Below are positions 20,489-34,222 of a DNA stretch of 48,921 nt, one piece after another (the stretch's first letter is position 1; every line of letters begins with the position of its first letter). The notes beneath the pieces were generated by a model. The model was given only the letters and a program-made list of their open reading frames with translations, did not search any database and was not told where the DNA came from. The DNA comes from a virus. Its lineage: Duplodnaviria; Heunggongvirae; Uroviricota; Caudoviricetes. The stretch is taken from IMG/VR virus record IMGVR_UViG_2778261394_000010. One strand, given 5' to 3'. The position numbers were made by a program, and so were the translations under genes.

Positions 20489-21025
20489 ATGAATCTAAAA
20501 AAAATAGCCACAAACACAAAAAACAAGATAACAGAAACATTTAATAAACTTATATTAGAGGCATCTAAAACCCCCACACAAGATGAAATTAAAATACTTG
20601 AGAGAAGGAGTAAGAAGTTTAATTACTCCTTTTTCTCATACGCAGTCACAGGAGCTATAATAGTTTTTTGCTCTCAACCATTAATTAAATACGCAAACCC
20701 AATACTTATTTTATTGAGTGGTCTGTTACTGTCTATCATCATTATCATTCTCAGAATGATTTATATTTCACAAGCGAATGCATCATGGACAACCAAAAAA
20801 CGCTCACATGTACTAGTTCATTTTCTTTCTGCATGTTTCATAGCATCAACATTGACGTTGCTATATCAGGCTTACGATAATAACATCACACACAAATTGT
20901 ACTGTAAAAATATACAACAACTTATTGAAAAAAGGATAGAAACAGAAAAAAACATCAGCATATTCAGTGGGATGCAATGCACCCCGGTATATGATTACTC
21001 TTTATTTGGATTTAATCTCTTATAA
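20489..21025 (+). CDS. Hypothetical membrane protein, AT-rich cargo gene
   Basis: 178 aa with hydrophobic segments (AVTGAIIVFCSQPLI, ILILLSGLLLSIIIIIL); very low GC; followed by a perfect 13-bp inverted repeat. Confidence 0.5.
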   Translation: MNLKKIATNTKNKITETFNKLILEASKTPTQDEIKILERRSKKFNYSFFSYAVTGAIIVFCSQPLIKYANPILILLSGLLLSIIIIILRMIYISQANASWTTKKRSHVLVHFLSACFIASTLTLLYQAYDNNITHKLYCKNIQQLIEKRIETEKNISIFSGMQCTPVYDYSLFGFNLL

Positions 21026-21034
21026 AGAATGTTA

Positions 21035-21068
21035 TTACTGATTTGAGTACAAATTCTCAAATCAGTAA
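21035..21068. terminator. Perfect 13-bp inverted repeat (ttactgatttgag / ctcaaatcagtaa), probable bidirectional terminator
   Basis: Lies between the convergent cargo gene (+) and the AlpA gene (-), flanked by A/T runs. Confidence 0.5.
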
Positions 21069-21094
21069 TTCATAATATTTTATTCTGAGATAAT

Positions 21095-21331
21095 TTAAAC
21101 TACCCACTCACCTCGAATCCATGCCTGCACTTCTGAAAGACGATATGCAACAGCAGTGGAACCAATCTTGATCCGCTTAGGAAATTTTCCTTCCTTCTCC
21201 AGCTTCCAGCGTGTGCTGTTCGCAAGAGTGGTTAGCTCCCGACATTCTTTCTCACGGATCATTCGGTCAATGTTAGGAATGTACTCCAGACCCTTTTTAT
21301 CAACAATTGCCATTTTTTTCATGTTAACCAA
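21095..21331 (-). CDS. alpA: AlpA-family HTH regulator / excisionase-like protein
   Basis: 78 aa; ELTTLANSTRWKLEKEGKFPKRIKIGSTAVAYRLSEVQAWI fits the AlpA/Xis HTH_17 pattern; immediately downstream of the integrase. Confidence 0.75.
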   Translation of the reverse strand: MVNMKKMAIVDKKGLEYIPNIDRMIREKECRELTTLANSTRWKLEKEGKFPKRIKIGSTAVAYRLSEVQAWIRGEWVV

Positions 21332-22559
21332 CCTTTTGTTTGAGGATTGTCACTTTTGAATCAGCACCTGCGATGCTATTGAGATATGTAGTCCAGAGTT
21401 CCAGAGCATCCAGTTTTTTAGCCATAAACTTACTCCGGTTGTAAACACCTGCCACGCCAGGTAGCGCATGGCCTAACAGTTGTTCTACTACATAAAATTC
21501 AACACCGAGATCACTTAGATGAGTAGATAGCGTTCTTCTAAGGTCGTGTAGTGACCATTGTTTTTCATGGCCCAAACGTTTACCGATTTTCCCCCCAATC
21601 TTGCTTACGCTTTCTCTAATTCGCAGACTTCCCAGCACATAACCAGTATGTTTTGTCTCTTCGTGAACATCCGTTACCCACTGTCGTAGAATTTCAGGTA
21701 CTGGTCTGACGATTTCAACACCAGTTTTTGAGTGATCTTTTGGTACAGTCCAAACCCAACTTTCGAGATCCCATTCGCTCCATTCTGATAATCGGGCTTC
21801 ACTCATTCGACATCCAAATACTGTACAAAGCACAAACATTTTTCGCGTGTATTCAGACATTAGTTTTAAATCAGGCTCGACAAAAATTGCCTTCCAGAGC
21901 TGGCCGAGTTCGGCTTCATCCAGAACCCGATCCCGCTTACCTGCAATCTGCCCCACATCACTCATGCGCAAATCCTTTAAAGCATCACACGTCGCGTACT
22001 GGCGTACCCGACAAAAACGAAGAGCTAATTTAGTGTCAGAAAAAACATACGCCGCCATAACTGGTGCATTACGTTTAATTCGGTCAAAACAGTCCAGCCA
22101 TTCATATAGGTGAGTGTCATTTACGGGCAAATGACCGATATAGGGAAAGATATGCTTTCGAAATCTGCCAAGCGTTACAGCATGAGTTTTACGACGCACC
22201 TTACAGTAATTTTCATACCAGTAATTTAGTGCATCCTCCACTGTAACCGGCTTTAAGCGTTCTTCAGCCTGAATCTTAATCTGGATACGCGGATCACGTT
22301 TGTCAGCCAACCAACCACGGCACTCGTCGCGCTTTTCCCTTGCCTGTTTGAGTGACATATCAGGATATTTACCCAACGTTAGCCAGACCGGAGCAGCCCG
22401 GCCACCTGCTAACCTGTAGAAGAAAACAAAGCTCACAGCCCCTTTAGTACTCACACGAATAGAAAGCCCCTTTCCATCAGCAATGGTGATCTGCTTTTCT
22501 CTGGGTTTCCCCAGATATCCTTTAAGCGCTTTGTCGCTCAGTTTGTTCTCGCCAGCCAT
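21324..22559 (-). CDS. int: Tyrosine integrase (P4-type) of the inserted element
   Basis: ATG at 22559 gives MAGENKLSDKALKGYLG…; C-terminal catalytic region with …HDLRRTLSTHLSDLGV…LLGHA…; about 160 bp from the right junction core. Confidence 0.9.
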   Translation of the reverse strand: MAGENKLSDKALKGYLGKPREKQITIADGKGLSIRVSTKGAVSFVFFYRLAGGRAAPVWLTLGKYPDMSLKQAREKRDECRGWLADKRDPRIQIKIQAEERLKPVTVEDALNYWYENYCKVRRKTHAVTLGRFRKHIFPYIGHLPVNDTHLYEWLDCFDRIKRNAPVMAAYVFSDTKLALRFCRVRQYATCDALKDLRMSDVGQIAGKRDRVLDEAELGQLWKAIFVEPDLKLMSEYTRKMFVLCTVFGCRMSEARLSEWSEWDLESWVWTVPKDHSKTGVEIVRPVPEILRQWVTDVHEETKHTGYVLGSLRIRESVSKIGGKIGKRLGHEKQWSLHDLRRTLSTHLSDLGVEFYVVEQLLGHALPGVAGVYNRSKFMAKKLDALELWTTYLNSIAGADSKVTILKQKVG

Positions 22560-22569
22560 TTTTAGCCCC

Positions 22570-22595
22570 AAAAAGCAATACAAGCTGCAATACAG
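22570..22595. repeat. 26-bp terminal direct repeat, right copy
   Basis: aaaaagcaatacaagctgcaatacag, matching the left copy at 11875..11900 at 24 of 26 positions by eye. Confidence 0.6.
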
Positions 22596-22722
22596 AGATG
22601 ATTGCAACACACAGATAACGAGGAAAATTCAGTGAAAGCACCAGATAAACTTATTCTTTATTATCAAAAGATTAAGTGTAAAAACCAGCAACTACACGAA
22701 AGCCTCAGAAAGCCATGCTAAG

Positions 22723-22732
22723 TGCTTCGGCT
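22723..22732. repeat. Right junction core of inserted element (TGCTTCGGCT)
   Basis: Second copy of the 10-mer; on the minus strand E reads …GTC AAG CCG AAG CAC and then diverges into element sequence (LAWLSEAFV stop). Confidence 0.85.
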
Positions 22733-22967
22733 TGACGTATCCCGGCGTAAATTCAGAGGTGGAGCCGCCACGGGAACGGATAACCTCACCGGAAACAATC
22801 GGCGAAACGTACAGCGCCATGTTTACCAGTCCCGGAATTTGTGAGAGATAGACTTTCTCCGTGGTGAAGGGATAGCTCTCACGGAAAAAGAGACGCAGAA
22901 ACAGCGGATCAAACTTAAATTTCTGCTCATTTGCCGCCAGCAGTTGGGCGGTTGTGTACATCGACAT
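22723..22967 (-). pseudogene. E: Major capsid protein E, 5' fragment (codons 1-82)
   Basis: ATG at 22967 gives MSMYTTAQLLAANEQKFKFDPLFLRLFFRESYPFTTEKVYLSQIPGLVNMALYVSPIVSGEVIRSRGGSTSEFTPGYVKPKH, the lambda gpE N-terminus, then runs into the element. Confidence 0.9.
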
Positions 22968-23022
22968 AAAAAAATCCCGTAAAAAAAGCCGCACAGGCGG
23001 CCTTTAGTGATGAAGGGTCAGG

Positions 23023-23355
23023 TTAAACGATGCTGATTGCCGTTCCGGCAAACGCGGTCCGTTTTTTCGTCTCGTCGCTGGCAGCCTCCGGCCAGAGCAC
23101 ATCCTCATAACGGAACGTGCCGGACTTGTAGAACGTCAGCGTGGTGCTGGTCTGGTCAGCAGCAACCGCAAGAATGCCAACGGCAGCACCGTCGGTGGTG
23201 CCATCCCACGCAACCAGCTTACGGCTGGAGGTGTCCAGCATCAGCGGGGTCATTGCAGGCGCTTTCGCACTCAATCCGCCGGGCGCGGTTGCGGTATGAG
23301 CCGGGTCACTGTTGCCCTGCGGCTGGTAATGGGTAAAGGTTTCTTTGCTCGTCAT
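23023..23355 (-). CDS. D: Head decoration protein D
   Basis: [52 protein letters not shown]…, 110 aa, lambda gpD. Confidence 0.92.
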
Positions 23356-23364
23356 AAACATCCC

Positions 23365-23970
23365 TTACACTGGTGTGTTCAGCAAATCGTTAACGGCATC
23401 AGATGCCGGGTTACCTGCAGCCAGCGGTGCCGGTGCCCCCTGCATCAGACGATCCAGCGCAGTGTCACTGCGCGCCTGTGCACTCTGTGGTGCTGCGGCC
23501 AGAATGCGGCGGGCCGTTTTCACGGTCATACCGGGGGTTTCTGCCAGCACGCGTGCCTGTTCTTCGCGTCCGTGAGCCTCCTCACAGTTGAGGATCCCCA
23601 TAATGCGGCTGTTTTCTGCCGCAACCGCTGCGGTGATCTGCGCGTTCACGTCCGGCTGCGCCGCGCTGGCGTTCTCGCCCTCCGTCGCTGGCACCACGTC
23701 AGTAACGTCAGCCTGCGAAGCAGTGGCTGAAACAGTTGTTGATTGAGTCTCTTTGGTCATTCGCCCTCCTGAGAGACGGGATTTACGTGCATCCAGTGCA
23801 TCACGCATGACGGTGATCGCATCGGTGCTGTTAACAAGTTCATCAGCCAGTCCGGCATCAATGGCCTCCTGACCGCTGTACACTGCAGCCTCGGTATCCA
23901 GCACAGCCTGCACGGACAGGCCGGTATATGCCGACACCTTCTGCGCAAACATCTGGCGGGTTGCGTCCAT
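23365..23970 (-). CDS. Nu3: Scaffolding protein Nu3 (in-frame internal start within C)
   Basis: ATG at 23968-23970 (MDATRQMFAQKV…) at the position expected for lambda Nu3, sharing the C reading frame and stop. Confidence 0.7.
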   Translation of the reverse strand: MDATRQMFAQKVSAYTGLSVQAVLDTEAAVYSGQEAIDAGLADELVNSTDAITVMRDALDARKSRLSGGRMTKETQSTTVSATASQADVTDVVPATEGENASAAQPDVNAQITAAVAAENSRIMGILNCEEAHGREEQARVLAETPGMTVKTARRILAAAPQSAQARSDTALDRLMQGAPAPLAAGNPASDAVNDLLNTPV

Positions 23971-24664
23971 CCGGGACTGCAGTGTCTCCCGGACGTCATC
24001 CGGAAGATGGCTGTAGGGGTTGCCATCCACCTTATGGCTGCCGCTGTAAATCAGCGTGATTTCCACACCCTGTTTCTCCAGCGCAGCACCGTAATTACTG
24101 TGAGCCATCATGACGCCGATGGAGCCTGTCCGGGCGGTCTGCGTGACCAGACGCCGGGAGGCGGCACTGGCAAGCAACTGACCTGCACTGCAGTTCATGT
24201 CGTTGGCAAGCGCCCATACCGGTTTTATGTCACGCACACGGGCGATGATGTCAGCGCAGTCAAATGCCCCCGCCACCATCCCGCCGGGCGTGTCCATATC
24301 GAGCAGAATGCCATCCACCATCGGATCGCTGGCAGCCTGTTGCAGACGGGCGATAATGCCGTTGTAACCGGTCATCCCCGAGTACGGCTGCAGCGCCCGC
24401 GTCCGGCTGACCAGCGTGCCGGACACCGGCAGCACGGCGATGCCGTTCATGACCTGATAACTGCGGGCCTGTCGTGGTCCGTCATCATCACCGGATAATG
24501 CCAGCGTCGCGAGTGCCTCCTGGGCAGTCAGGCTGTCGCCGGACACCGCATCCGTCAGGCGGCTGATCCCAAGCTGGCCTGCAAGCGCACAAAAGAAAAC
24601 CCGCGCATAGGCGGGTTCAAGCATCAGCGGCTCATTAAAGGCCATGCTGGCAATATGCGGGAGA

Positions 24665-24684
<20 letters not shown>
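23365..24684 (-). CDS. C: Head assembly protease / minor capsid protein C
   Basis: 439 codons from GTG at 24684 (VTAELRNLPHIASMAFNEPLMLEPAYARVFF…), lambda gpC; 20-nt overlap with the B 3' end as in lambda. Confidence 0.9.
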
Positions 24685-28365
<3,681 letters not shown>

Positions 28366-28391
<26 letters not shown>

Positions 28392-28911
28392 TCAGCAACC
28401 CCGGTATCAGTTCATCCAGCGCGGCTGCTTTGTTCATGGCTTTGATGATATCCCGTTTCAGGAAATCAACATGTCGGTTTTCCAGTTCCGGAAAACGCCG
28501 CTGCACCGACAGGGGGATCCCGTCGAGAATACTGGCAATTTCACCTGCGATCCGCGACAGCACGAAAGTACAGAATGCGGTTTCCACCACTTCAGCTGAG
28601 TCTCTGGCATTCTTCAGTTCCTGTGCGTCGGCCTGCGCACGCGTAAGTCGATGGCGTTCGTACTCAATAGTCCCTGGCTGGAGATCTGCCTCGCTGGCCT
28701 GGCGCAGTTCTTCAACCTCCCGGCGCAGCTTTTCGTTCTCAATTTCAGCATCCCTTTCGGCATACCATTTTATAACGGCGGCAGAGTCATAAAGCACCTC
28801 ATTACCCTTGCCACCGCCTCGCAGAACGGGCATTCCCTGCTCCTGCCAGTTCTGAATGGTACGGATACTCGCACCGAAAATGTCAGCCAGCTGCTTTTTG
28901 TTGACTTCCAT
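28366..28911 (-). CDS. Nu1: Terminase small subunit Nu1
   Basis: 181-aa ORF MEVNKKQLADIFGASIRTIQNWQEQGMPVLRGGGKGNEVLYDS…, lambda gpNu1; cos lies immediately upstream. Confidence 0.95.
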
Positions 28912-29135
28912 TGTTCATTCCACGGCCAAAAACAGAGAAAGGAAACGACAAAGGCCCAAAAGTTCGTTTTCAGCACCTGTCGTTTCCTTTCTTTTCAGGG
29001 GGTATTTTAAATAAAAACATTAAGTTACGACGAAGAAGAACGGAAACGCCTTAAACCGGAAAATTTTCATAAATAGCGAAAACCCGCGAGGTCGTCGCCC
29101 CGTAACCTGTCGGATCGCCGGAAAGGACCCGCAAA
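28912..29135. other. Helper phage cos region (cosB - cosN - cosQ); cosN 12-mer at 29089..29100
   Basis: Sequence is the reverse complement of the remembered lambda genome ends; cosN reads aggtcgtcgccc, one position different from lambda aggtcgccgccc; the Nu1 start abuts the cosB side. Confidence 0.85.
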
Positions 29136-29299
29136 ATGATAATAATTATCATCTACATGTCACAACGTGCATCTACGCCATCAAACCACGTCAAATAATC
29201 AATTATGACGCAGGTATCGTATTAATTGATCTGCATCAACTTAACGTAAAAACAACTTCAGACAATACAAATCAGCGACACTGAATACGGGGCAACCTC

Positions 29300-29494
29300 A
29301 TGTCAACGAAGAACAGAACCCGCAGAACAACAACCCGCAACATCCGCTTTCCTAACCAAATGATTGAACAAATTAACATCGCTCTTGAGCAAAAAGGGTC
29401 CGGGAATTTCTCAGCCTGGGTCATTGAAGCCTGCCGTCGGAGACTAACGTCAGAAAAGAGAGCATATACATCAATTAAAAGTGATGAAGAATGA
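29300..29494 (+). CDS. ylcI: Small DNA-binding-like protein (YlcI-like)
   Basis: 64-aa ORF MSTKNRTRRTTTRNIRFPNQMIEQINIALEQKGSGNFSAWVIEACRR…; position and sequence recall DLP12 ylcI near cos. Confidence 0.55.
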   Translation: MSTKNRTRRTTTRNIRFPNQMIEQINIALEQKGSGNFSAWVIEACRRRLTSEKRAYTSIKSDEE

Positions 29495-29658
29495 ACATCC
29501 CGCGTTCTTCCCTCCGAACAGGACGATATTGTAAATTCACTTAATTACGAGGGCATTGCAGTAATTGAGTTGCAGTTTTACCACTTTCCTGACAGTGACA
29601 GACTGCGTGTTGGCTCTGTCACAGGCTAAATAGTTTGAATGATTAGCAGTTATGGTGA

Positions 29659-29865
29659 TCAGTCAACCACCAGGGAATAATCCTTCATATTATTATCGTG
29701 CTTCACCAACGCTGCCTCAATTGCTCTGAATGCTTCCAGAGACACCTTATGTTCTATACATGCAATTACAACATCAGGGTAACTCATAGAAATGGTGCTA
29801 TTAAGCATATTTTTTACACGAATCAGATCCACGGAGGGATCATCAGCAGATTGTTCTTTATTCAT
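29659..29865 (-). CDS. ybcW: Hypothetical protein (YbcW-like)
   Basis: 68-aa ORF between ylcI and ybcV, as in the DLP12 gene order. Confidence 0.5.
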
Positions 29866-30108
29866 TTTGTCGCTCCATGCGCTTGCTCTTCATCTAGCGG
29901 TTAAAATATTACTTCAAATCTTTCTGTATGAAGGTTTGAGCACGTTGGCCTTACATACATCTGTCGGTTGTATTTCCCTCCAGAATGCCAGCAGGACCGC
30001 ACTTTGTTACGCAACCAATACTATTAATTGAAAACATTCCTAATATTTGACATAAATCATCAACAAAACACAAAGAGGTCAGACCAGATTGAAGCGATAA
30101 AAACGATA

Positions 30109-30561
30109 ATGCAAACTACGCGCCCTCGTATCACATGGAAGGTTTTACCAATGGCTCAGGTTGCCATTTTTAAAGAAATATTCGATCAAGTGCGAAAAGA
30201 TTTAAACTGTGAATTGTTTTATTCTGAACTAAAACGTCACAATGTCTCACATTATATTTACTATCTAGCCACAGATAATATTCACATTGTGTTAGAAAAC
30301 GATAACACCGTGTTAATAAAAGGACTTAAAAAGGTTGTAAATGTTAAATTCTCAAGAAATACGCATCTTATAGAAACGTCCTATGATAGGTTGAAATCAA
30401 GAGAAATCACATTTCAGCAATACAGGGAAAATCTTGCTAAAGCAGGAGTTTTCCGATGGGTTACAAATATCCACGAACATAAAAGATATTACTATACCTT
30501 TGATAATTCATTACTATTTACTGAGAGCATTCAGAACACTACACAAATCTTTCCACGCTAA
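30109..30561 (+). CDS. ybcV: Hypothetical protein (YbcV-like)
   Basis: [47 protein letters not shown]…; first ATG in frame at 30109, alternative at 30151. Confidence 0.55.
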   Translation: MQTTRPRITWKVLPMAQVAIFKEIFDQVRKDLNCELFYSELKRHNVSHYIYYLATDNIHIVLENDNTVLIKGLKKVVNVKFSRNTHLIETSYDRLKSREITFQQYRENLAKAGVFRWVTNIHEHKRYYYTFDNSLLFTESIQNTTQIFPR

Positions 30562-30851
30562 ATCATAACGTCCGGTTTCTTCCGTGTCAGCACCGGGGTG
30601 TTGGCATAATACAATACATGTACGCGCTAAACCCTGTGTGCATCGTTTTTAATTATTCCCGGACACTCCCGCAGAGAAGTTCCCCGTCAGGGCTGTGGAC
30701 ATAGTTAATCCGGGAATACAATGACGATTCATCGCACCTGGCATACATTAATAAATATTAACAATATGAAATTTCAACTCATTGTTTAGGGTTTGTTTAA
30801 TTTTCTACACATACGATTCTGCGAACTTCAAAAAGCATCGGGAATAACACC

Positions 30852-31145
30852 ATGAAAAAAATGCTACTCGCTACTGCGCTGGCCCTGCTTATTACAGGAT
30901 GTGCTCAACAGACATTTACTGTTCAAAACAAACAGACAGCAGTAGCACCAAAGGAAACCATCACCCATCATTTCTTCGTTTCTGGAATTGGGCAGAAGAA
31001 AACTGTCGATGCAGCTAAAATTTGTGGCGGCGCAGAAAATGTTGTTAAAACAGAAACCCAGCAAACATTCGTAAATGGATTGCTCGGTTTTATTACTTTA
31101 GGCATTTATACTCCGCTGGAAGCGCGTGTGTATTGCTCAAAATAA
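30852..31145 (+). CDS. bor: Bor lipoprotein (serum-resistance moron)
   Basis: 97 aa with lipobox LLITGCAQ; matches lambda Bor; between cos and Rz on the opposite strand, as in lambda. Confidence 0.9.
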   Translation: MKKMLLATALALLITGCAQQTFTVQNKQTAVAPKETITHHFFVSGIGQKKTVDAAKICGGAENVVKTETQQTFVNGLLGFITLGIYTPLEARVYCSK

Positions 31146-31176
31146 TTGCATGAGTTGCCCATCGATATGGTCAGCT

Positions 31177-31650
31177 CTATCTGCACTGCTCATTAATATA
31201 CTTCTGGGTTCCTTCCAGTTGTTTTTGCATAGTGATCAGCCTCTCTCTGAGGGTGAAATAATCCCGTTCAGCGGTGTCTGCCAGTCGGGGGGAGGCTGCA
31301 TTATCCACGCCGGAGGCCGTGGTGGCTTCACGCACTGACTGACAGACTGCTTTGATGTGCAACCGACGACGACCAGCGGCAACATCATCACGCAGAGCAT
31401 CATTTTCAGCTTTCGCATCAGCTAACTCCTTCGTGTATTTTGCATCGAGCGCAGCAACATCACGCTGACGCATCTGCATGTCAGTAATTGCCGCGTTCGC
31501 TAGCTTCAGTTCTCTGGCATTTTTGTCGCGCTGGGCTTTGTAGGCGATTGCGTTATCACGGTAATGATTGACCGCCCATGACAGGCTGACGATGATGCAG
31601 ATAATCAGAGCGGATATAATCGCGGTTACTCTGCTCACTGTTGCCCCCAC
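31177..31650 (-). CDS. Rz: Inner-membrane spanin Rz
   Basis: N-terminal TM segment ([18 protein letters not shown]), coiled-coil body, C-terminal …YINEQCR; overlaps the endolysin 3' end. Confidence 0.85.
31236..31418 (-). CDS. Rz1: Outer-membrane lipoprotein spanin Rz1 (embedded in Rz, +1 frame)
   Basis: 60-aa ORF with lipobox LVVVGC and a proline-rich mature part ([15 protein letters not shown]), entirely inside Rz. Confidence 0.8.
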   Translation of the reverse strand: MRKLKMMLCVMMLPLVVVGCTSKQSVSQCVKPPRPPAWIMQPPPDWQTPLNGIISPSERG

Positions 31651-32132
31651 AAACAGACTTCACGCTCAATCTCACGACGAGTCATCAGGCCTTTCCATTG
31701 CTTACCGCCAGCGTATGTCCAGCGACGCAGCTGATCACATGCGCCTTTGATATCGCCCTGGTTTATTTTGCGAAGAAGCGTCGATGTTCTAAAATTGCCA
31801 GCACCCACGTTGTAAACGAATGAGTAAAGAGCGCCGCGCGTTGTTTCCGGTATATCGACTTTGATATACGGGTTAATTTGTCTGGCGACAGTGGCAAGGT
31901 CTTTATTCAAGAGTGCTTTGCATTCTGCTTTGGTATACGTTTTACCGAGCATGATGTCTTTTCCGGTGTGTCCGTGACATACAGTCCATACACCAACAAT
32001 ATCTTTGTATGGTATGTAGCTGACACCTTCCAGACCATCGTTACCACTTGGGCCAGTGATTAACACTGATGCTATAGCAATTGCTCCGCCACCAATAGCA
32101 GCAGCAACGGCTTTTCGTAATGATGGAGGCAT
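31635..32132 (-). CDS. R: SAR-endolysin (phage 21 R-type lysozyme)
   Basis: 165 aa; N-terminal signal-anchor-release segment [20 protein letters not shown] followed by a T4-lysozyme-like domain. Confidence 0.9.
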
Positions 32133-32347
32133 TATTCACCTCTCGCAGCCTTGCGCTTATCTTCTTTAATCTTGAAATAAAGGTTTGTCAGGTACGTCAG
32201 CAGGCCAAATACCAGGCTACCCAGCACACCTATTGCTGCCCACTGTGAGGGAGTGACTTTATCGAGCAGCTGTAAAAACCAGTAACCGGCACTACCTGCT
32301 GAGGTGCCATAGGCGACTCCAGTTGTTAACTTATCCATGAATTTCAT
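32132..32347 (-). CDS. S: Pinholin S (phage 21 S-type), dual-start motif
   Basis: [26 protein letters not shown]… with two TM segments; Met-Lys-Phe-Met dual start like S21; the ORF track extends further upstream. Confidence 0.85.
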
Positions 32348-32935
32348 AACCCCACCTCGCAGACAAAGCGGGTGTAAATTGAGGGAATACAACGTATCGC
32401 AAAAAAGCAGAAACGTAACTGACTCCGAGTCAGTGAATAACTCAGGTATTGAGTTATCAGCTAATATCGAGACTCAAAAAATGGAAAAACCAGCTCGACG
32501 GCGGGTTTAAGCTGTGTGACGAAGTAACCACTCTTAACAGCATAACCAATTTTTTACGTACGTAAACCACTGAATGATATTTATGAGAATGCTACCGAGT
32601 GTTCAAAACATCACCACAAATACATAAGAAAACCTCAACAAATAACCAATAAATAATTTCCAGTGTTATTTTTAGCTGGTTTAAATTAAACAGACGAATT
32701 ATAGAACCACCATAAATAACAGCCATTAATATAAATTAGCTAATAGATTTATTTTTGTTCAAATAAGAGCCATAAATAGATTTCGATAGAAAAAGTTCAG
32801 ATAAAAATAGAGATCTACTTCACAAATTAAATGAGAAACTAAAACTTACATCTTGAAATAATCACATTGATTAGATGAATATTTATCGCGCAGTGACATC
32901 ATTTTTTAATAATAGTTCAAAAAAAAGGGCTCACG

Positions 32936-34033
32936 ATGAAAAAATTAACAGTGGCAATTTCTGCTGTAGCTGCATCAGTACTGATGGCGATGTCTGCTCA
33001 GGCAGCTGAAATTTATAATAAAGACAGTAACAAGCTGGATCTGTACGGGAAAGTTAATGCCAAGCACTACTTTTCCTCTAACGATGCAGATGATGGTGAT
33101 ACTACTTATGTTCGTCTGGGCTTCAAAGGCGAAACCCAAATCAACGATCAGCTGACTGGTTTCGGTCAGTGGGAATATGAATTCAAAGGCAACCGCGCTG
33201 AATCTCAAGGTTCCTCCAAAGACAAAACCCGTCTTGCATTTGCAGGCCTGAAATTCGGTGACTACGGCTCAATCGATTACGGCCGTAACTACGGTGTAGC
33301 ATACGACATCGGTGCGTGGACTGACGTTCTGCCAGAATTCGGTGGCGATACCTGGACCCAAACAGATGTGTTCATGACTGGTCGCACCACAGGTGTTGCA
33401 ACCTATCGTAACAACGACTTCTTTGGTCTGGTTGATGGTCTGAACTTTGCTGCTCAGTACCAAGGCAAAAACGATCGTAGCGATTTCGATAACTACACCG
33501 AAGGTAACGGTGATGGCTTCGGTTTCTCTGCTACCTATGAATACGAAGGATTCGGTATCGGTGCAACTTATGCGAAATCTGATCGTACCGACACTCAAGT
33601 TAATGCAGGGAAAGTTCTTCCTGAAGTATTTGCTTCCGGTAAAAATGCAGAAGTTTGGGCCGCAGGTCTGAAATATGACGCTAACAACATTTACCTGGCC
33701 ACTACCTATTCTGAAACCCAGAATATGACTGTATTTGCTGATCACTTCGTTGCTAATAAAGCTCAAAACTTCGAAGCTGTTGCACAATATCAGTTCGATT
33801 TCGGTCTGCGTCCGTCCGTTGCTTACCTGCAATCTAAAGGTAAGGATCTTGGAGTATGGGGCGATCAGGACTTAGTCAAATATGTTGATGTAGGTGCAAC
33901 CTATTACTTCAACAAAAATATGTCTACTTTCGTTGATTACAAAATCAACCTGCTTGACAAAAATGACTTCACTAAAGCACTCGGTGTAAGCACTGATGAC
34001 ATCGTTGCTGTAGGTCTGGTTTACCAGTTCTAA
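32936..34033 (+). CDS. Outer-membrane porin (NmpC/Lc/OmpC family, prophage moron)
   Basis: 365 aa with signal peptide (…[12 protein letters not shown]), trimeric-porin motifs and C-terminal …VGLVYQF; between Q and S on the opposite strand, as for nmpC in DLP12. Confidence 0.9.
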   Translation: MKKLTVAISAVAASVLMAMSAQAAEIYNKDSNKLDLYGKVNAKHYFSSNDADDGDTTYVRLGFKGETQINDQLTGFGQWEYEFKGNRAESQGSSKDKTRLAFAGLKFGDYGSIDYGRNYGVAYDIGAWTDVLPEFGGDTWTQTDVFMTGRTTGVATYRNNDFFGLVDGLNFAAQYQGKNDRSDFDNYTEGNGDGFGFSATYEYEGFGIGATYAKSDRTDTQVNAGKVLPEVFASGKNAEVWAAGLKYDANNIYLATTYSETQNMTVFADHFVANKAQNFEAVAQYQFDFGLRPSVAYLQSKGKDLGVWGDQDLVKYVDVGATYYFNKNMSTFVDYKINLLDKNDFTKALGVSTDDIVAVGLVYQF

Positions 34034-34171
34034 TCTGATTACGAAAAAGATATGTTGCGGGAGGCTTTGCCTCCCCAACATATAAGTGGCTCCCTCAAGC
34101 CACTTCCTTTAGGAGCACAACCTTGCTTCTAACTATATAAACCTTCTGTTATATATTACCCTTTATTTTTG

Positions 34172-34195
34172 GGGGCGTTGCAACGCCCCATTTTT
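34172..34195 (+). terminator. Rho-independent terminator downstream of the porin gene
   Basis: GC-rich hairpin ggggcgttgcaacgcccc followed by atttttaataattttt. Confidence 0.6.
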
Positions 34196-34222
34196 AATAA
34201 TTTTTAGTAAACAATTGGCATA

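Larger units (their letters stand above)
11803..22722 (-). mobile_element. Integrative satellite-like element (PICI/P4-like gene set) inserted within capsid gene E
   Basis: Bounded by a 10-bp direct repeat that splits the E frame; carries a tyrosine integrase next to the right junction, AlpA-like genes, primase-helicase with iteron origin, SSB, E-like/D-like capsid genes, a cos-like site and AT-rich cargo; almost all genes are co-oriented with the helper late operon. Confidence 0.8.

Noticed and set aside
22611-22722. A tRNA or tmRNA gene as integration target at the element boundary
   Set aside because: No cloverleaf-compatible sequence at either junction; the duplicated core lies inside the E coding sequence and the restored sequence encodes gpE residues.
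34040-34100. Two hairpins directly after the porin gene (gggaggctttgcctccc; gtggctccctcaagccac) as terminators or sRNA
   Set aside because: Neither is followed by a T-tract; the convincing terminator is further downstream at 34172..34195. They may be REP-like or part of the late-promoter/qut region, which I could not map confidently.
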